From Octopus sinensis (Eukaryota): a stretch of DNA of 64,000 nucleotides. Position 1 is the stretch's first letter. Every line of letters starts with the position of its first letter. The position numbers and the translations under genes were made by a program. Under the pieces are notes generated by a model that was not told where the DNA came from, did no database searches, and saw only the letters and a program-made list of their open reading frames with translations. Shown in pieces: positions 27,103-41,239 of the stretch. The stretch covers positions 1 to 64,000 of the forward strand of contig NW_021834307.1 in assembly GCF_006345805.1 (NCBI RefSeq). Direction: 5' to 3'.

Positions 27103-29859
27103 CGTATATCAAATCACTGGGGTGTAGATTAATAGATTATATTTCAAATCATCGCTCTAGATTAATAGATTGGCAGATTAAGGGATGATAAGGTAGGCTT
27201 GTCATCAGATTGGGTTGACAAGTCGGATCTTATTTCACATCTGCGAGAGAACTTAATGTTCACCCTCGCGCCCTCTTTCCTTTACTCACACAAATTATAT
27301 CGCCATTTACTCTATTGATTCGTAACCTAGCTCCAACACCTGAAATTGCTCCATCGTTGGGGGGGGGAGTGAGGATTCTTCGGTTGTTAATAATATTTAG
27401 TCTCAGGTCAGCATTGATAGACAAGATAGACCTTGGATACTAGGCTATTCCATCCATGGCAACACCGACTGTTCTTCTGGAAAAGTGTCCTGAATAACTT
27501 TATTCCAGTGTGATGGTTTATAAAATGTTAAGTTACTGTTTGAGGGAGATTTAGCTACTATTTCGAGCAAGTTGAATGACTCTGGAGAACATAGAGAAAA
27601 GAATGCTTCGTGAACGACTTTAACACTCTTAGTATACACGACAATGACGAAGCCTCAATGCGGTCGATCAGCTTGCTAGAAATAGCAGCTGAATTTCGTC
27701 GAATCAGAATCTAACATTTTAAGATGTACAATATGGGGTGGTGGTCACCTTAATAATGCATTTATTAATACGTCTATTCGGTCATAGCTAAGCTGGAGCT
27801 ACAAACAACATACATTACAGCACATGCCAACAGCGGGAGGCCCTGATGTGGTCTCTCGGTCTGCTAAATATAGCAGGTCTTATTGTTTTTGTTAAGACAT
27901 AGAACACATTGGATGATATATTCCAAGATACACAATGGCTGAATGAAACAAAGAATAGTTACGGCTGAAATACGTATCAGCATGGGTCATTCCATTAAAA
28001 TTTGATTCAGAGTTAACCAGTAACAGTAACAGCAACAACAACAGCCGCAACAATAAAAGCAACACAAACAGTCTCTACCAAACACAGAACATAGCAGATC
28101 CCAAGTCCCCTATATTTTAGAAAAGGGCCAATGTGAGCCATATTGTTTATTTTTGCCCTTCTCGAAGTGGTTGTGCAATAAAACGTAAATTATGTAGTCG
28201 GGTTTCGAATTTCATTATAACATCAACCCTCGTTCAATTTGGCACCATCTTCTGGTCTTTTGTACCATTATGTTGTAAGCATTTGGACCGAGTCTTTGGT
28301 TTGGGGCTAATTTTCTTCCTGCACTCCCACCAATGATGGAGACCCAGAAAAGGTATCATTTTCCCTCTTAGTAAACCATTAAAAAATAGAGCAAAGCGAC
28401 GTAAACCAAAGTCAGACTCGATTCGAGACCGCATTGTTCTCTCCAATAAAAAATAAATATATCTTACTCAACGTTAATCAACAATCTTTAAGACGAAGAT
28501 TAAAGACTGATTTCATGATTGTCTTTCTGTCATCCCGTACTGATGCCTTTGTTTTTAGTTCTTCGTCCCCGAATTAGATAACAACAAAGATATTAATATC
28601 TGAAATAGAAAGTTGTTGTCAAGACATAAACGATGACGTCGGGCGACATCTTCGACTTTTTAATCTTATTCTTGTGTCAACAGAATATATCCCCCTACCT
28701 AACCACACTTACTCTCCTCCCAACGCATCAACTACTCAAGGAAAAACAATTATAACAGCGAAAATGCTTTCTCGAATATTCCATGCGTGAATGGAAACAC
28801 ACGAGGAGTTTAGATGAAAGGCTGCCGACCTACAAACCAAACGATATACATTTCGTGCCCAACCAGTTGCTAACCAAGATACATGATCCACATGATCTAT
28901 CATTATTTCACTTGTCCTTCTAAACTTAGCTACAACGTGAAGGCGGATTGTTGTTGTTGTTGTTTCCTTCTTCTTCTTCTTCTTCTTCTTCTTCTTCTTC
29001 TTCTTCTTCTTCTTCTTCTTCTTCTTCTTCTTCTTCTTCTTCTTCTTCTTCTTCTTCTTCTTCTTCGCTCTGTGGCCAAAAGCATTTCCGCTATGATTAT
29101 GATTTGAGGAAGATTTAGCAACTATTTCTAGCGAGTTGAACGACCATACAGTGGCTTCTTTGACGGATAACTTAATGCAGTAATCAGCAACGTCCATTGT
29201 GTGTTAGCCATGCAGTAGTTACTGCCTAACCACAAGCCCTAGGTATTTTAGACGGGATAAACTGGGACAATCTGATATTAGGGCCTTCCTCGAAGACATC
29301 AGCCCTTTCACCTTTAAAACAATTATCTTTAATTCCGTTTCCAATCGCCAAACTTATGACTTACTATGCGAAGACTTTTGAAAATAAGGACAAAGCGTTT
29401 ATCGTGATTGTGGAGTTCACAGTCAGGAATGACCAAGTTGTTTGATAAGAAGAACTACATGTGAAGTCTTTTAAAGTTCAAAATCTGAAACCAATATTTT
29501 CAAAATTGTGCATTGTAAAAAAACTTTAAGCAATGCAGGTGAAAATTTAAACAGAATATGTAAGGTAATGTTTATAGAGAAGATATTATATTACATTCTG
29601 TAGGTTGTTTAACGCTTTTATGATATTTCGGAAAAGATGCTTCTTACCAAATATAAGAAATTTGAAACTATATTTCGAAATATGGAAATAAACCATTTAA
29701 AAATTCTGCACGCTATACTAAATTGATTAATCTCAATCCATTAAAAAGCTTACGATGTTTTTCCATTTCTGCAGTTAATACTTTAAAATTCGACTGGGAA
29801 ATGTGAAACTTGAAGTTACGATGTATTTTCACTAACTGACTAAACCATTATTAGAATAT

Positions 29860-30276
29860 ATACTCTTTTACTCTCTTTTACTCTTTTACTTGTTTCAGTC
29901 ATTTGACTGTGGCCATGCTGGATCACCGCCTTTAGTCGAGCAAATCGACCCCAGGACTTATTCTCTGTAAGCCTAGCATTTATTCTGTCGGTCTCTTTTG
30001 CCGAACCGCTAAGTTACGGGGACGTAAACACACCAGCATCGGTTGTCAAGCGATGCTGGGGAGATAATCAGACACACATATACTCACGCATATATATATA
30101 TATATATACATATATACAACGGGATTTTTCAGTTTCCGTCTACCAAATCCACTCACAAGGCTTTGGTCGGCCCGAGGCTATAGTAGAAACACTTGCCCAA
30201 GGTGCCACGCAGTGGGATGAACCCCGGAACCATGTGGTTGGAAGCAAGCTATATACCAGAAAGTCACTCTTGCGCA
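29860..30276 (-). mobile_element. SINE type A, near full length
   Basis: Strong reverse-complement match to 16195-16590, with a short tandem tail (tactctttt). Confidence 0.9.
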
Positions 30277-30293
30277 TATATATAGGCGCTTAT

Positions 30294-30357
<64 letters not shown>

Positions 30358-30446
30358 AATATAACTTAGAAAACTTAGATTGGTTTCAGCTATTATCGGC
30401 CCAGGCCATGACTAAGTCAATAGCTCCATCTGGAAAAGTCTTTTAA

Positions 30447-30698
30447 TTAATTATTTCGGGACACCATGGACCACTCAAGCAGAGAGTTGTTGTTGTTGAT
30501 TGAGACATATCCAGGTGTAGGTGGTTTATCCGGTATTTCCTGGAAGAATTTGTCCAGGTACAGTTTCAAAGTTGTGGGGTCTTTTTCTACTTTAATTTCT
30601 TTCGGGATAACACTGAAAAGAGCAGGACCATTTGCAGTGAAGAAATTGTGCCGCAATGTTCTTATGTAATGTGATCTCGGCCTTTGTAAGGAACACAT
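30447..30698 (-). pseudogene. 3' end of a CR1/L2-group LINE ORF2
   Basis: HYIRTLRHNFFTANGPALFSVIPKEIK...LKLYLDKFFQEIPDKP..PGY..NSL resembles CR1/L2-type C-termini. Confidence 0.6.
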
Positions 30699-31553
30699 TT
30701 CACGGGGGCCTAGTCTTGGATGAAATGGAATATATATATATATATATATAGATATATATATATATATATATAAGTGTGTGTGTGTGTATGTGATATATCT
30801 GTATATATACTTCTATATATATACACATATTTATGTTTATATATAACATGTATTATATATATATATGTGTGGTGTGTGTGTGTGTGTATACATATATATG
30901 CATATATATACATATATACATCATACATGTTATATATACAAATAAGTATGTGTGCGTATGTGTATATATATATATCTATATATATATATATATATATATA
31001 TAATCTATATATATATGAATGAATATTTTTAAAAACCTTAGGGAATAATAATTATTCCAGGTTATCAGGATATTTACTATTTTACACTTTACTAAAGCAA
31101 AGCAAACAGTATTAATTATAATATTATTATTACAAATTTGGGATTTTACCAATACGACCACAACTTCAATTTCAGGACAACCTTATTTTCTGGAGTACAC
31201 ACAGAAAATTATATCCAAAATACTAATCTAATAATATAAGCATTTTAAAGCCTGCTATAACATACAATAAGAATAAAGTACATTAGAATTAATTATAGAT
31301 TATTTAAACATATGTTTAAAATATATATATATACCTTACTTGTTATTAGTCTGTGGGGAAAGAAGACAATATTAATCAACGCTACACGTGTTTTAGCGCT
31401 GGTGATTTGTTTTACCAAGCTATACGTAATACATAAATCCACCAATGTGTCCTCAGGGTATTTTTCTTTTTATTATTATTATTATTAACGGATCCAACTT
31501 AATGCTGCAAATTCTTAGATATCTCCATTAAAAATAAGAATAAAAATAAATAA

Positions 31554-31588
<35 letters not shown>

Positions 31589-31617
31589 TTTTATTTTATC
31601 GCATTCTGACTTTGTTT

Positions 31618-31653
<36 letters not shown>

Positions 31654-32169
31654 CAAAATTTGGAGGACTGACCACTAAGAGTGGACAGCCTGTATTCTAG
31701 ATAGAGACGTCAAAGTCGCCATTTTCCTCGAAGAATGTGTTCTCAAGAAAAAATTCAGCAAAAAAAAAAAACAAAGTGTAAAAATAAGCAAGACAAATGA
31801 AAACATACGAAATAAAAAACGATTACCTATGTACTAATTACTTTCACTTGTTAATATTTACGTATATGGATACATAAACATCTGCAAGATCATCAGCATA
31901 GCCTGTCGTTTACAAAACACAATTTCCAGAACTAGATATAGGACGCTCGAGCAAAATCCAGCATGTACACAGTTTTACAAATTACATTTATGTGTATCTT
32001 TGAAATGTCTTTACTTTGGCGAGATAATTTCCTAATATATTTTTACAAAATTTAAAAGATTTTAGAAACTATAAAATTATAAATTTTTTTAAAAGTCATA
32101 AAAATTTGATAAAATAAAATTAACCTAACTTTACAAATAACAATAGTAATATATATATATTATATATAT

Positions 32170-32211
<42 letters not shown>

Positions 32212-32552
32212 ATATACTATATAGATAGAGAGAAGAGAGAGAGTAGAGAGAGAGAGAGAAGAGAGAGAAAGTGCTAAATATAAAGAAAACCCTCATCAAC
32301 TATTTTATAAACACATCAAATTAAACTACCTATCTATATACATTTTCCGGGAATTGATAATTTATTGTCAAATTTACCCCTATCAATACTAGTATATATT
32401 ACCATTATTATGAAAAACGTAAGTTGGTAATATTCAAACAGTAAAAAAAAGCTCTATATATGTTATAAATTCATTGAATAAAACTAGTAAATGAACTATT
32501 TACCACAATTAACAAAGGAAGAATTCGTATCTGCATGTTTACTCCTGTGCAA

Positions 32553-32684
32553 ATGGCTGCACCTTCTGTCTTGCATTAAGAATTACGGGAAAAAGATACA
32601 CTACTGTAAAAAAATTCTTTAAGACTAAAATCATTTGAGAGGTTGAATAGATAATGCTTAGCGCAGGACAGAAGGTGCAGCCAT
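32553..32684. repeat. 28-bp inverted repeat pair (short MITE-like)
   Basis: atggctgcaccttctgtcttgcattaag (32553-32580) versus cttagcgcaggacagaaggtgcagccat (32657-32684). Confidence 0.65.
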
Positions 32685-32859
32685 CTTCAAAAACAAAATT
32701 ATGTGTTTACATATGACGTAATCTATATAACATCCACCGTTTCTGGATTACCGTATATATATATATAAGTATATATACAACATATGCATATATTTATTAG
32801 GAATATATGCCCCAGCAATTTCTATCGTTCGACATTTACGTATTACATTATATATATAT

Positions 32860-32891
<32 letters not shown>

Positions 32892-32892
<1 letters not shown>

Positions 32893-33055
32893 GGCGCAGG
32901 AGTGTAGCTGTGTGTGGTAAGTATCTTGCTTACCAGCCACGTGGCTCCGGATTCAGTCCCACTCCGTAGCACCTTGGGCAAGTGTCTTCTACTATAGCCT
33001 TGAATGGATTTGGTAGACGAAAACTGAAAGAAGCCAGTCGTATATATACATACAT

Positions 33056-33096
<41 letters not shown>

Positions 33097-33574
33097 GACA
33101 TCCTCGGGTTGCTTATTTTTGTGTTTTTTCTTCGTTTTGTTTGGATTAATTATATGTATGTATATATATACGCGAGGATGTCGTATATGCAAAGTATTAT
33201 CAGACGCTCAGGGAAGGAAAGAAAGGTAGTTTTACGTTTCGAGCAAAGCTCTTCGTCAGAAAAAGGAGACAGAAGAAAGTCCAAGCAAAAAGGAAGACGG
33301 AGGGGGAAAATCGCCAACGGTCCGCATGTGGTTACATTTTGACCCCCTCACATATACATATATATATGTTTGTGTGTTTCTGTCTGCCCCCCCCTACATC
33401 GCTCGACAACCGATCTTTGTGTGTTTACATCCCCGTAACATAGCAGTTCGGCAAAAGAGACCGAAAGCGTAAGTACAAGACTTACAAAGAATAAGTTCTG
33501 GGCCAATTTGTTCGATTAAAGGCGGTGCTCCAGCAGGGCTGCATGGAAATGACTGAAACAATAAAACAATAAAA

Positions 33575-33578
<4 letters not shown>
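32892..33578 (+). mobile_element. SINE type A split by a nested ~250-bp PLE terminal fragment (33091-33345)
   Basis: The 5' half (32892-33050) and 3' half (33360-33578) are collinear with 16195-16590; the insertion sits in the internal (TA)n. Confidence 0.8.
33229..33264 (-). ncRNA. Minimal type I hammerhead ribozyme
   Basis: uuu CUGACGA A GAGC uuu GCUC GAAA CG UA aaa. Canonical core, palindromic stem III ACGU, weak 3-bp stem I. Confidence 0.7.
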
Positions 33579-33615
<37 letters not shown>

Positions 33616-33989
33616 AATTAAATTAGAGATAAAACCACTATTAGGCAAATCAAACAGTGGAAAAACATAAACCAAAACATAGAAATAAAATTAATTAATA
33701 TAAAATATATAAATATAAAATTCAAAATTTAATTATTTAAATTTAAAGTTAAAAAATAATTAATTTATATTTATACATTTTTATATATATATATAATAAT
33801 ATATATAATAAATATATAATATATAATATATATATATATATAATTTTGTCCTTGTAAATCAGACCTTGGAAATTGAGTAAACTCATTTTAGATAAATATA
33901 TTAATTATGGTTTAGTAATAATAATACTTTAAATTGGTTTAATAATATTAAAGAAAAAAATCGATAAAATTTATTCAAATAGATATAGA

Positions 33990-35670
33990 TAATTATTCTT
34001 CTTCTATTAATGAAATTGTGTTTAATAAGGCCCTTACGTTTGAAATGAATAAAGTGGGAATGACTTTTGAAGAGGTTAATGTAATTAAAATGACTAGGAA
34101 ATCGTTTATTAGATACAAAAATAAATTATGGGCTAGGAAGGATACTAGAACTATTTTGATATACCTATGGGGGCACCCGATTCTGCACAAGCTACGGATT
34201 TCGTAGGTATTTATCTATTATCTAAACTTCAATTAGAAAATTTTAAAATAGATGGTGGTTAATATAGGGATGACCTTTGATTAATTACTAAGAATTGCAC
34301 TAATAGGAACCTAGAATTATATAAGAAAAAACTTTATAGTTTCTTTAAAAGATATGGTTTAATACATAATGAGAATTTTAATGTTAATTATTTAGATGTT
34401 AATTTTAATCTAATTACGGGTAAAACATAACCATATCATAAACTTAATGAAAACCTTAGATATATAAAGTTAATAGTAATCACCCACCAGCAATTAAAAA
34501 ATCGTTGATTAATAATATAAGTAAACGTATATCATTACTTTCTTATGATTTAGAGATTTTTAATAAACATGCACCTTATTACAATGAGGCCCTTAGAGAG
34601 GCAGGTTATAATAGTAATATTAATACTTTAGGATTTAAGTCCCTATATGTACTTGCTAAGTCTTGTTGAGTTAATTAGGTTTTTATTTTTAAATGAATGC
34701 ATATGCTGTGCGATTCTTAATTTTATTTTAGAGGAAGTGGACCCTATATATATATATATTGCGTTTAAGTTATTATTCCTATTATTCTCATTAAGTAATG
34801 TAACTATACATTTATACACTACATCGTTTAAATCACATTTATTATTAAATTTTAGTAATAATTATAATTTAGATAAAAATTTTAGTAATAATTATAATAA
34901 TTATGTTAGTAATATTAGTAGTAATTCTAGTAATTATAAAAATAAAAATAAAAATAAAATTAGAAATAAGACAAATTTTAATATTAATTCATTAAATGTC
35001 AATTATAATTATAAATTTAAATTTAATAATATTATTAAGAAATATAATAATAGTAATGGTAATAATAATAATGGTAATAATAATATGATTAATTACAATA
35101 ATAATAATAATAATAATATAATAATAATAATAATAATAATAATATAATAATAATAAGAAGAAGAAGAAGAAGAAAAGAGAAAGAAGAAGAAGAAGAAGAA
35201 GAAGAAAGAAGAAGAAGAAGAAGAAGAAGAAGAAGAAGAAGAATGATAGTGATAAAAAATAATAAGAAAAGATAATAAAATAAAATTTGGTTAATTGTTC
35301 CTTATGGTGCTCAAGTTAAAACGAACATTATTAAAGAGATTTTAGATATTATTGAACAATGTATTCATGATAATCGTAAATATAAAAAAAATTCTCTAGT
35401 AATAACTTTGGAGTAGGTTATTCTACCACTAATAGTGTAGGTAACATTATTTCTTTTTTTAACAAATTTAAACTGAATAATTTTTATAAAAATAAATTTT
35501 ATAATAATACCAATAATAATAAAGATAAGACACTCATTAACTGTACATCTAGAGATAAAACTAAGTGCAAATTTAATAATAAATGTGATTTAAACGATGT
35601 AGTGTATAAATGTATAGTTACATTACTTAATGAGAATATAGAAATAATAACTTAAACGCAATATATATAT

Positions 35671-35726
<56 letters not shown>

Positions 35727-36050
35727 CCACTTCCTCTAAATAAATTAAGAATCACACAGCATATGCATTCATTTAAAAATAAAACCTAATTAACTCAAAG
35801 GACTTAGCAAGTACATATAGGGACTTAAATCCTAAAGTATTAAGTATGATTTAAGGTGGGAAATAATAAGTAAGGCTAAATCATATAGTATAGGAGGCAA
35901 TTTTTATTATTCATGTTCTAATGAGTTTAAAGAAATTTTATTTTATGAGCATTATAATTTAGTGAATACACTGAATGAGCGTAAAATAAAATGTAGACAC
36001 AGGTTATTTTACTTATATAATAAATTTCTAGATAAATAATTTTGTTCCTA
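33990..36050 (+). pseudogene. Decayed Penelope-like element (RT + GIY-YIG endonuclease)
   Basis: RT: FDIPMGAPDSAQATDFVGIYLL, YRDD, YLDVNFNL, SNHPPAIKK..ISKRIS. Linker: W..PY...VKTNI, C..R.K.KC....C....VVYKC. EN: YIGSTS...HMHSF...WEIISKAKSY...KCRH. Many stops; interrupted by 34620-35300. Confidence 0.85.
34620..35843. repeat. ~230-bp inverted duplication (34620-34852 / 35569-35843)
   Basis: The left arm is the reverse complement of the GIY-YIG-coding segment; the arms differ mainly in (TA)n length. Confidence 0.9.
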
Positions 36051-36324
36051 ATTTGTTCCTAATTTGTAGATTTATGTATTAGTATTAATCTAAAATTTAG
36101 TATGTGATTTATAATATTTATTACATGAGTTTATATGTTGTATTAAATAATGTAATATTCTAATAATTTTATAAATATATTACTTTATAGTAGTGTAGTG
36201 TTTCCAATTCTTTATGAGGTTTTGTGTTAGTCTATTATAGTTATCAAAGGTTCTTTATTTACTTAATGGTTTTATTGAATATAGATTTAGGGAGGTTTAG
36301 ATTTAGAACATTTATAAGTAGAAG

Positions 36325-36372
36325 GTCTTACAGCCGCTTCCAGGATATTTATTATATCCCTTCATCGGAGAC
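36325..36372 (-). ncRNA. Degenerate hammerhead motif (core mutated)
   Basis: gucu CCGAUGA A GGGAUAU aauaa AUAUCC ug GAAG CGGCUG UA agac. Stems I and II are intact; the core has U4>C and GAAA>GAAG. Confidence 0.5.
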
Positions 36373-37223
36373 GGTGTGAGAAGATGGTTACGTAATAGTT
36401 AATTTAGATAAGATACATAATAGAGAGTGAGGTGGTGGAAAAAAAAATAGTTGTGAGATATGTTGGGATATTGTATTTGTATACGTATATAGCTAGATTT
36501 ATATATATATATGATGCATGTACGTATACTACATAAGTGCATGAAATCGTTTATTTGTCTTGAATAAAAAGTACCAAAATTCTTTCAAAAATTCGTTTTT
36601 TCATGATTCCTAAAATCCTGATTTAAGACGACGACGATGGTGGTGATTTTGGTGGCGGTGGTGGGTGGTGGTGGGTGGCGGTGCGGTGGTGGTGGTGGGT
36701 GGCGGCGCGGTGGTGGTGGTGGTGGTCGTCGTCGTCGTCGTCGTGGTAGTAATGATGGTGATGATGGTTGTGGTAGTTGTAATGGTAGTGGTAAAAGAAG
36801 TGACAGCAGCAATGATGAAAAGCTGGAGGTTGAGGTGGAGGAGGAGGAGGAGGAGAAAGAGGAAGGAGAAGACGCGGAATGATGATGATGGTGATGATGA
36901 TGACAAAATTGAAAACTAATAACTACCGAAATGTTAGACAAGGAAGAAAAAAAGAAAAAAGAAAGAAAGAGAAATTCTTAGGACAAGAAAAAATGCCGTG
37001 TGTGGCAGGTGGCGGGTTGATGGGTGGTTAGTGAGGGTGCGTCGTAACAATAATAATCACGACTTTGGAGGAGGAGGAGAAGAAGAAGAAGGTGGGAAGA
37101 AGAAAATTACAAAGAACACGAAACCAAAACAAAACGATGAATAAAAAACGTAAAGACATTGCTTAAAATATGACAGAAAGAAAACAATCTTTATGGCTTC
37201 TGTACAAGTTGGTCAACTTTCCC

Positions 37224-37299
<76 letters not shown>

Positions 37300-37337
37300 C
37301 ATCATCATCATCATCATCATTATTATTATTATTATTA

Positions 37338-37393
<56 letters not shown>

Positions 37394-37395
<2 letters not shown>

Positions 37396-37590
37396 AGCGG
37401 CGAGCTGGCAGAATCGTTAGAACACCAGGCAAAATACTGAGCGACACTTCGTCCGTCCTTGCGCTCTGAGTTCAAATTCCGCCGAGGCCGACTTTGTTTT
37501 TCATCCCTTTTCGGGTTCGATAAAATAGGTACCAGTGAATTACACGATGTAACGGATTTGCCCCCTCACGCCAAAATTACCTTTTGTGTA
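37394..37590 (+). mobile_element. SINE type B
   Basis: aaagcggcgagctggcagaatcgttag...tgagttcaaattccgccgagg; homologous to 17503. Confidence 0.85.
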
Positions 37591-38090
37591 TGTGCGTGTG
37601 GGGGGGGGCGTGCACGCATGATGGGGATGTTGTCTGCGTATGTTTCGGTGTCTTGCAATGCTGGAATGTGTGTGTGTATATATATAAGTATTAATGTATG
37701 TATGTACATATATAAATGCAAATTTTTTCGGTTCTCTTTAATATTGTGTGTGTGTGCACGCATGTCTAAGTGCGTGTGTGTATTTATATATTTATATAGA
37801 TAGACTAGATAGATGTGTGTGTGTGTGTGTGTGTGCATGCGTTTGTGTTGGAGTGTATAATAAGTACCGTTCGATCCGTCTCAGTTTTTCTTTTTATCTC
37901 TATTATTCCTTCTCTTTTTTTAACTCCCTTTCCACTTTACATCCTATTGTGAAGAAGTAAAATATCCGAAATGTCATAACTACTCTCTTCCCTTTCTCTA
38001 AGTATCAAACTGAGAAAGATCGCGAACTCAACACGTTTTGTCATTTATTTATTTATTTTTATGTACGTTTGTTCTTTCCCCACATACATA

Positions 38091-38149
<59 letters not shown>

Positions 38150-38287
38150 GCACGCACACACACTTATATGTGTGGATAGATATGCATATACATAAATGCA
38201 TATATATACATACATATATATACACACACACACACATACACAAACATATACATATACAACTTTTTTATTGTCATATTATCGTATATT

Positions 38288-38346
<59 letters not shown>

Positions 38347-38517
38347 TATATATAATATATATATACACATATATACATCCATTTTGGCTTTCATTTACTC
38401 TATAATTTATTATCCCACTGTTTATATACGCAATATTCTTGTTGTTATGGTTATATTTGTTTTGTAAACGATTGATATACTATATATCTCTCTCACCTTT
38501 CTATTTCCCTCTGTCTC

Positions 38518-38558
<41 letters not shown>

Positions 38559-39647
38559 ACACACGAAACATGTATGTAATGTTTGATACGTGTCTGTTTT
38601 ATTGCTGTTAATTTCAGGGAAATGCCTAAATAATAGAAAAGCAATGATTTTTTTTTGTAGCCAATAAATATATACATTGATAATAAGATGGCTTATTGTG
38701 AATAGAATGTTAATTTTGTTGTCTGTCTGCTTTCAGCATGGATGACTTCACTGACTGGCGAACGAGTGGGAATGGCGGTGGTGGCGGCGTTATTGATGGT
38801 GGATACGTCGGTAATGGTGGTGGACTAAGTAGTAGAGTAATATTAGTATTGTTTAGGCTGGTGGTGGTGGTGGTGGCTGTGCTGTTCTTACTATTATTAT
38901 TATTATGGTGTTATAGGCGGCAATGTTGATGTGTAGGGTGGCTGTTTTAAAAGAAATGCAATGTGGCTGTATGGTTAACATGGTCGCTTACACACCTTTG
39001 CGGTTCTTGGTTCGAGCTCATTGCACACCACATTGTGGAACTGTTCTCTTTTTTCCTTGCATCTTTTTCATTTAGTTTAAATTGTGAACGGAATTCGGTG
39101 GACGAAGAATTTGGAAGCGCCCTCTTTGTGTGTTTGTGTGTGTCTGTGAGCGTGCGTGTGCGTAGAGGAATGTATATATATCTTTATATATACATACATT
39201 CACACACACGCATGTATGTGTATGTGTATCGTTCTCTCTACGTGTGAGAGTGTGTGTGTATGAATTTATATGCGTGTGTGTTTGGGTGCGCGGTTTACCG
39301 AAACTGTAGCATTATGTGCGAAGTTCCATCTCGCCGCACGACATTTTAGACGAGTGTCTTACTGTAGCCACGAATCGATCCCCGGTTGTCCAGCGGTGCT
39401 GGGAAATGAACAACACACGCACATACATACACACACATGCACACACATATACATAAATACATATATATACGATAGACTTCTTTCATTTTTCGTCAACCAA
39501 ATCCACTAACAAGGCTTTGATCGACCCGTGGCTATAGTAGGAGACACTAGCCCAAGGTGTCACGCAACCGTTTGGTTGGGAAAGACTCCGAAAGGATCTC
39601 GGTTGTACTCAGTCATTTAAACCTTAATTCTGTTTTATCATTATAAG

Positions 39648-39752
39648 GGTTCTCGACTGCGGAATATTCGACCACTTATAATATAGAAGAAACTGTCAGT
39701 GGTCCAGTAACTGAATTGCTGTCATCGAAAACGACGGAGTACTCACTTATCA
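39648..39752 (+). CDS. Candidate isolated internal exon, Ser/Thr-rich peptide
   Basis: 105 nt flanked by ttctgttttatcattataAG and GTGAGT; symmetric phase 1-1; open frame FSTAEYSTTYNIEETVSGPVTELLSSKTTEYSLI; no similarity to other repeats seen here. Confidence 0.35.
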
Positions 39753-39956
39753 GTGAGTGTGTGTGACAGTGTGTGAGAGAGTATGTGTGTGAGTGTGTGA
39801 GTGTGTGCATGTGTATGTATCTAAGTGTGTGTATGTGTGTGCATGTGTGTGTATCTATATACATCTGTCTTTGTGTGAGAGTGTATGCTTCCATGTGTAT
39901 ATTCGTCTAAATGTATGTCTGTCTATGTGATATATCTGCCTTTATATGTGAGAATT

Positions 39957-40001
<45 letters not shown>

Positions 40002-41239
40002 GTGGAGACAGGGATACCACAACCCTCAGTTCTATTTCCCCCTCCTCATTCGGTCTTGCATCTCCTCATTTACTCGTTACGGACCACTGACCAATGACAC
40101 TCGGTTTAATATACTCACACCTATGACACCCTAACAAGCAGCAACAGCGGCAGCAGCAGCGGTAGCAGCAGTAGTAGTAGTAAAGAAAATAAGTTGCTAT
40201 CATTAATTACACCACTACTACTACTACTACTACTACCAACACCTTCGCTGTCACCTCCGCCACCTTCACCATCTTTACCATCACCACCACTAGTACCTCT
40301 AGGAGGCGGTGGTTCCTTCTCCGCCCTCACGTCTCTTTATAAATGGTTCACTTCGAAAATGTTGATGACGACTTCTTTGTGGAGGTGTCTGTCCCCCGTC
40401 CTATCAATCTTATTCATGTCATTCACCATTAATCAACAGACAAATAAGTTACTTGCCCTTCTTTACCTAAGAAAGGTGACCCGAGAAGCTTCATGATTCG
40501 ACCTACAATTCATAACAAGTCTTCAAGCAAACGTCATAAGAAAGTCCTTGTAGACAAGGAACTTGAATGTCGGTTCCGTCGTCCTTTCGTCTCTTCGGAC
40601 ATTCCCAGCTGAAAGCAGTGCTCTACTAAAAGAGTATTTCTTAAACTGCGAGTGTCTCAAGTTGAGCTATTTTGAAATCTGTCTACAATCTCCGAATGAA
40701 AAGTATCCCCACCCACAAGGGACCAACCAGTTCTTCATTAACGTCCAGAGCTGTGGTCTTCAACCTTTCGTTGTTCAACTTAAACAGAATTTACTTTTGT
40801 GCTGGAGTTTGTTATCTCATTTTCTTATCGTATCCTAAACCGCATGTTTATCTTTTTAAATACTTGCGTAGATTAGCGCCCTCTATGTTAATCTTTTATG
40901 GAGGCAACATTATATTGGTTACTGGACCATCATCATCTTTTCTACTCTCTAACAACACAATGTCCTATTTATGCTTTAATCCCACCAAAGACTTTTTTTA
41001 AAATACATTTAAGATTGTACCAAGTTAAAATAGTTCATTTCTATGAAAAATCAGGAACCCGCTAAACACCCGGCACCCTCTTGTGAACCCACGACACTTC
41101 CAAGAGCTTGCTATCGTTCAGGTTTAGAAACCGTTGAACCACGTCACATGCCCTCTGCTAAACCTTTATAAAATGCAAGAGCTAGCTCTTTCATTCATAT
41201 AAGTCTATCAGCGAAATACCAGTTATATACTGTGGTCTA

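Noticed and set aside
28130-28450. Non-repetitive-looking segment with short ORFs
   Set aside because: No recognisable motif in any frame; probably an old transposon fragment, left unassigned.
31880-31960. CUGAUGA on the minus strand / GYADDLA peptide
   Set aside because: Not a ribozyme (no GAAA partner). It may be a tiny RT YADD remnant, but it is too short to call.
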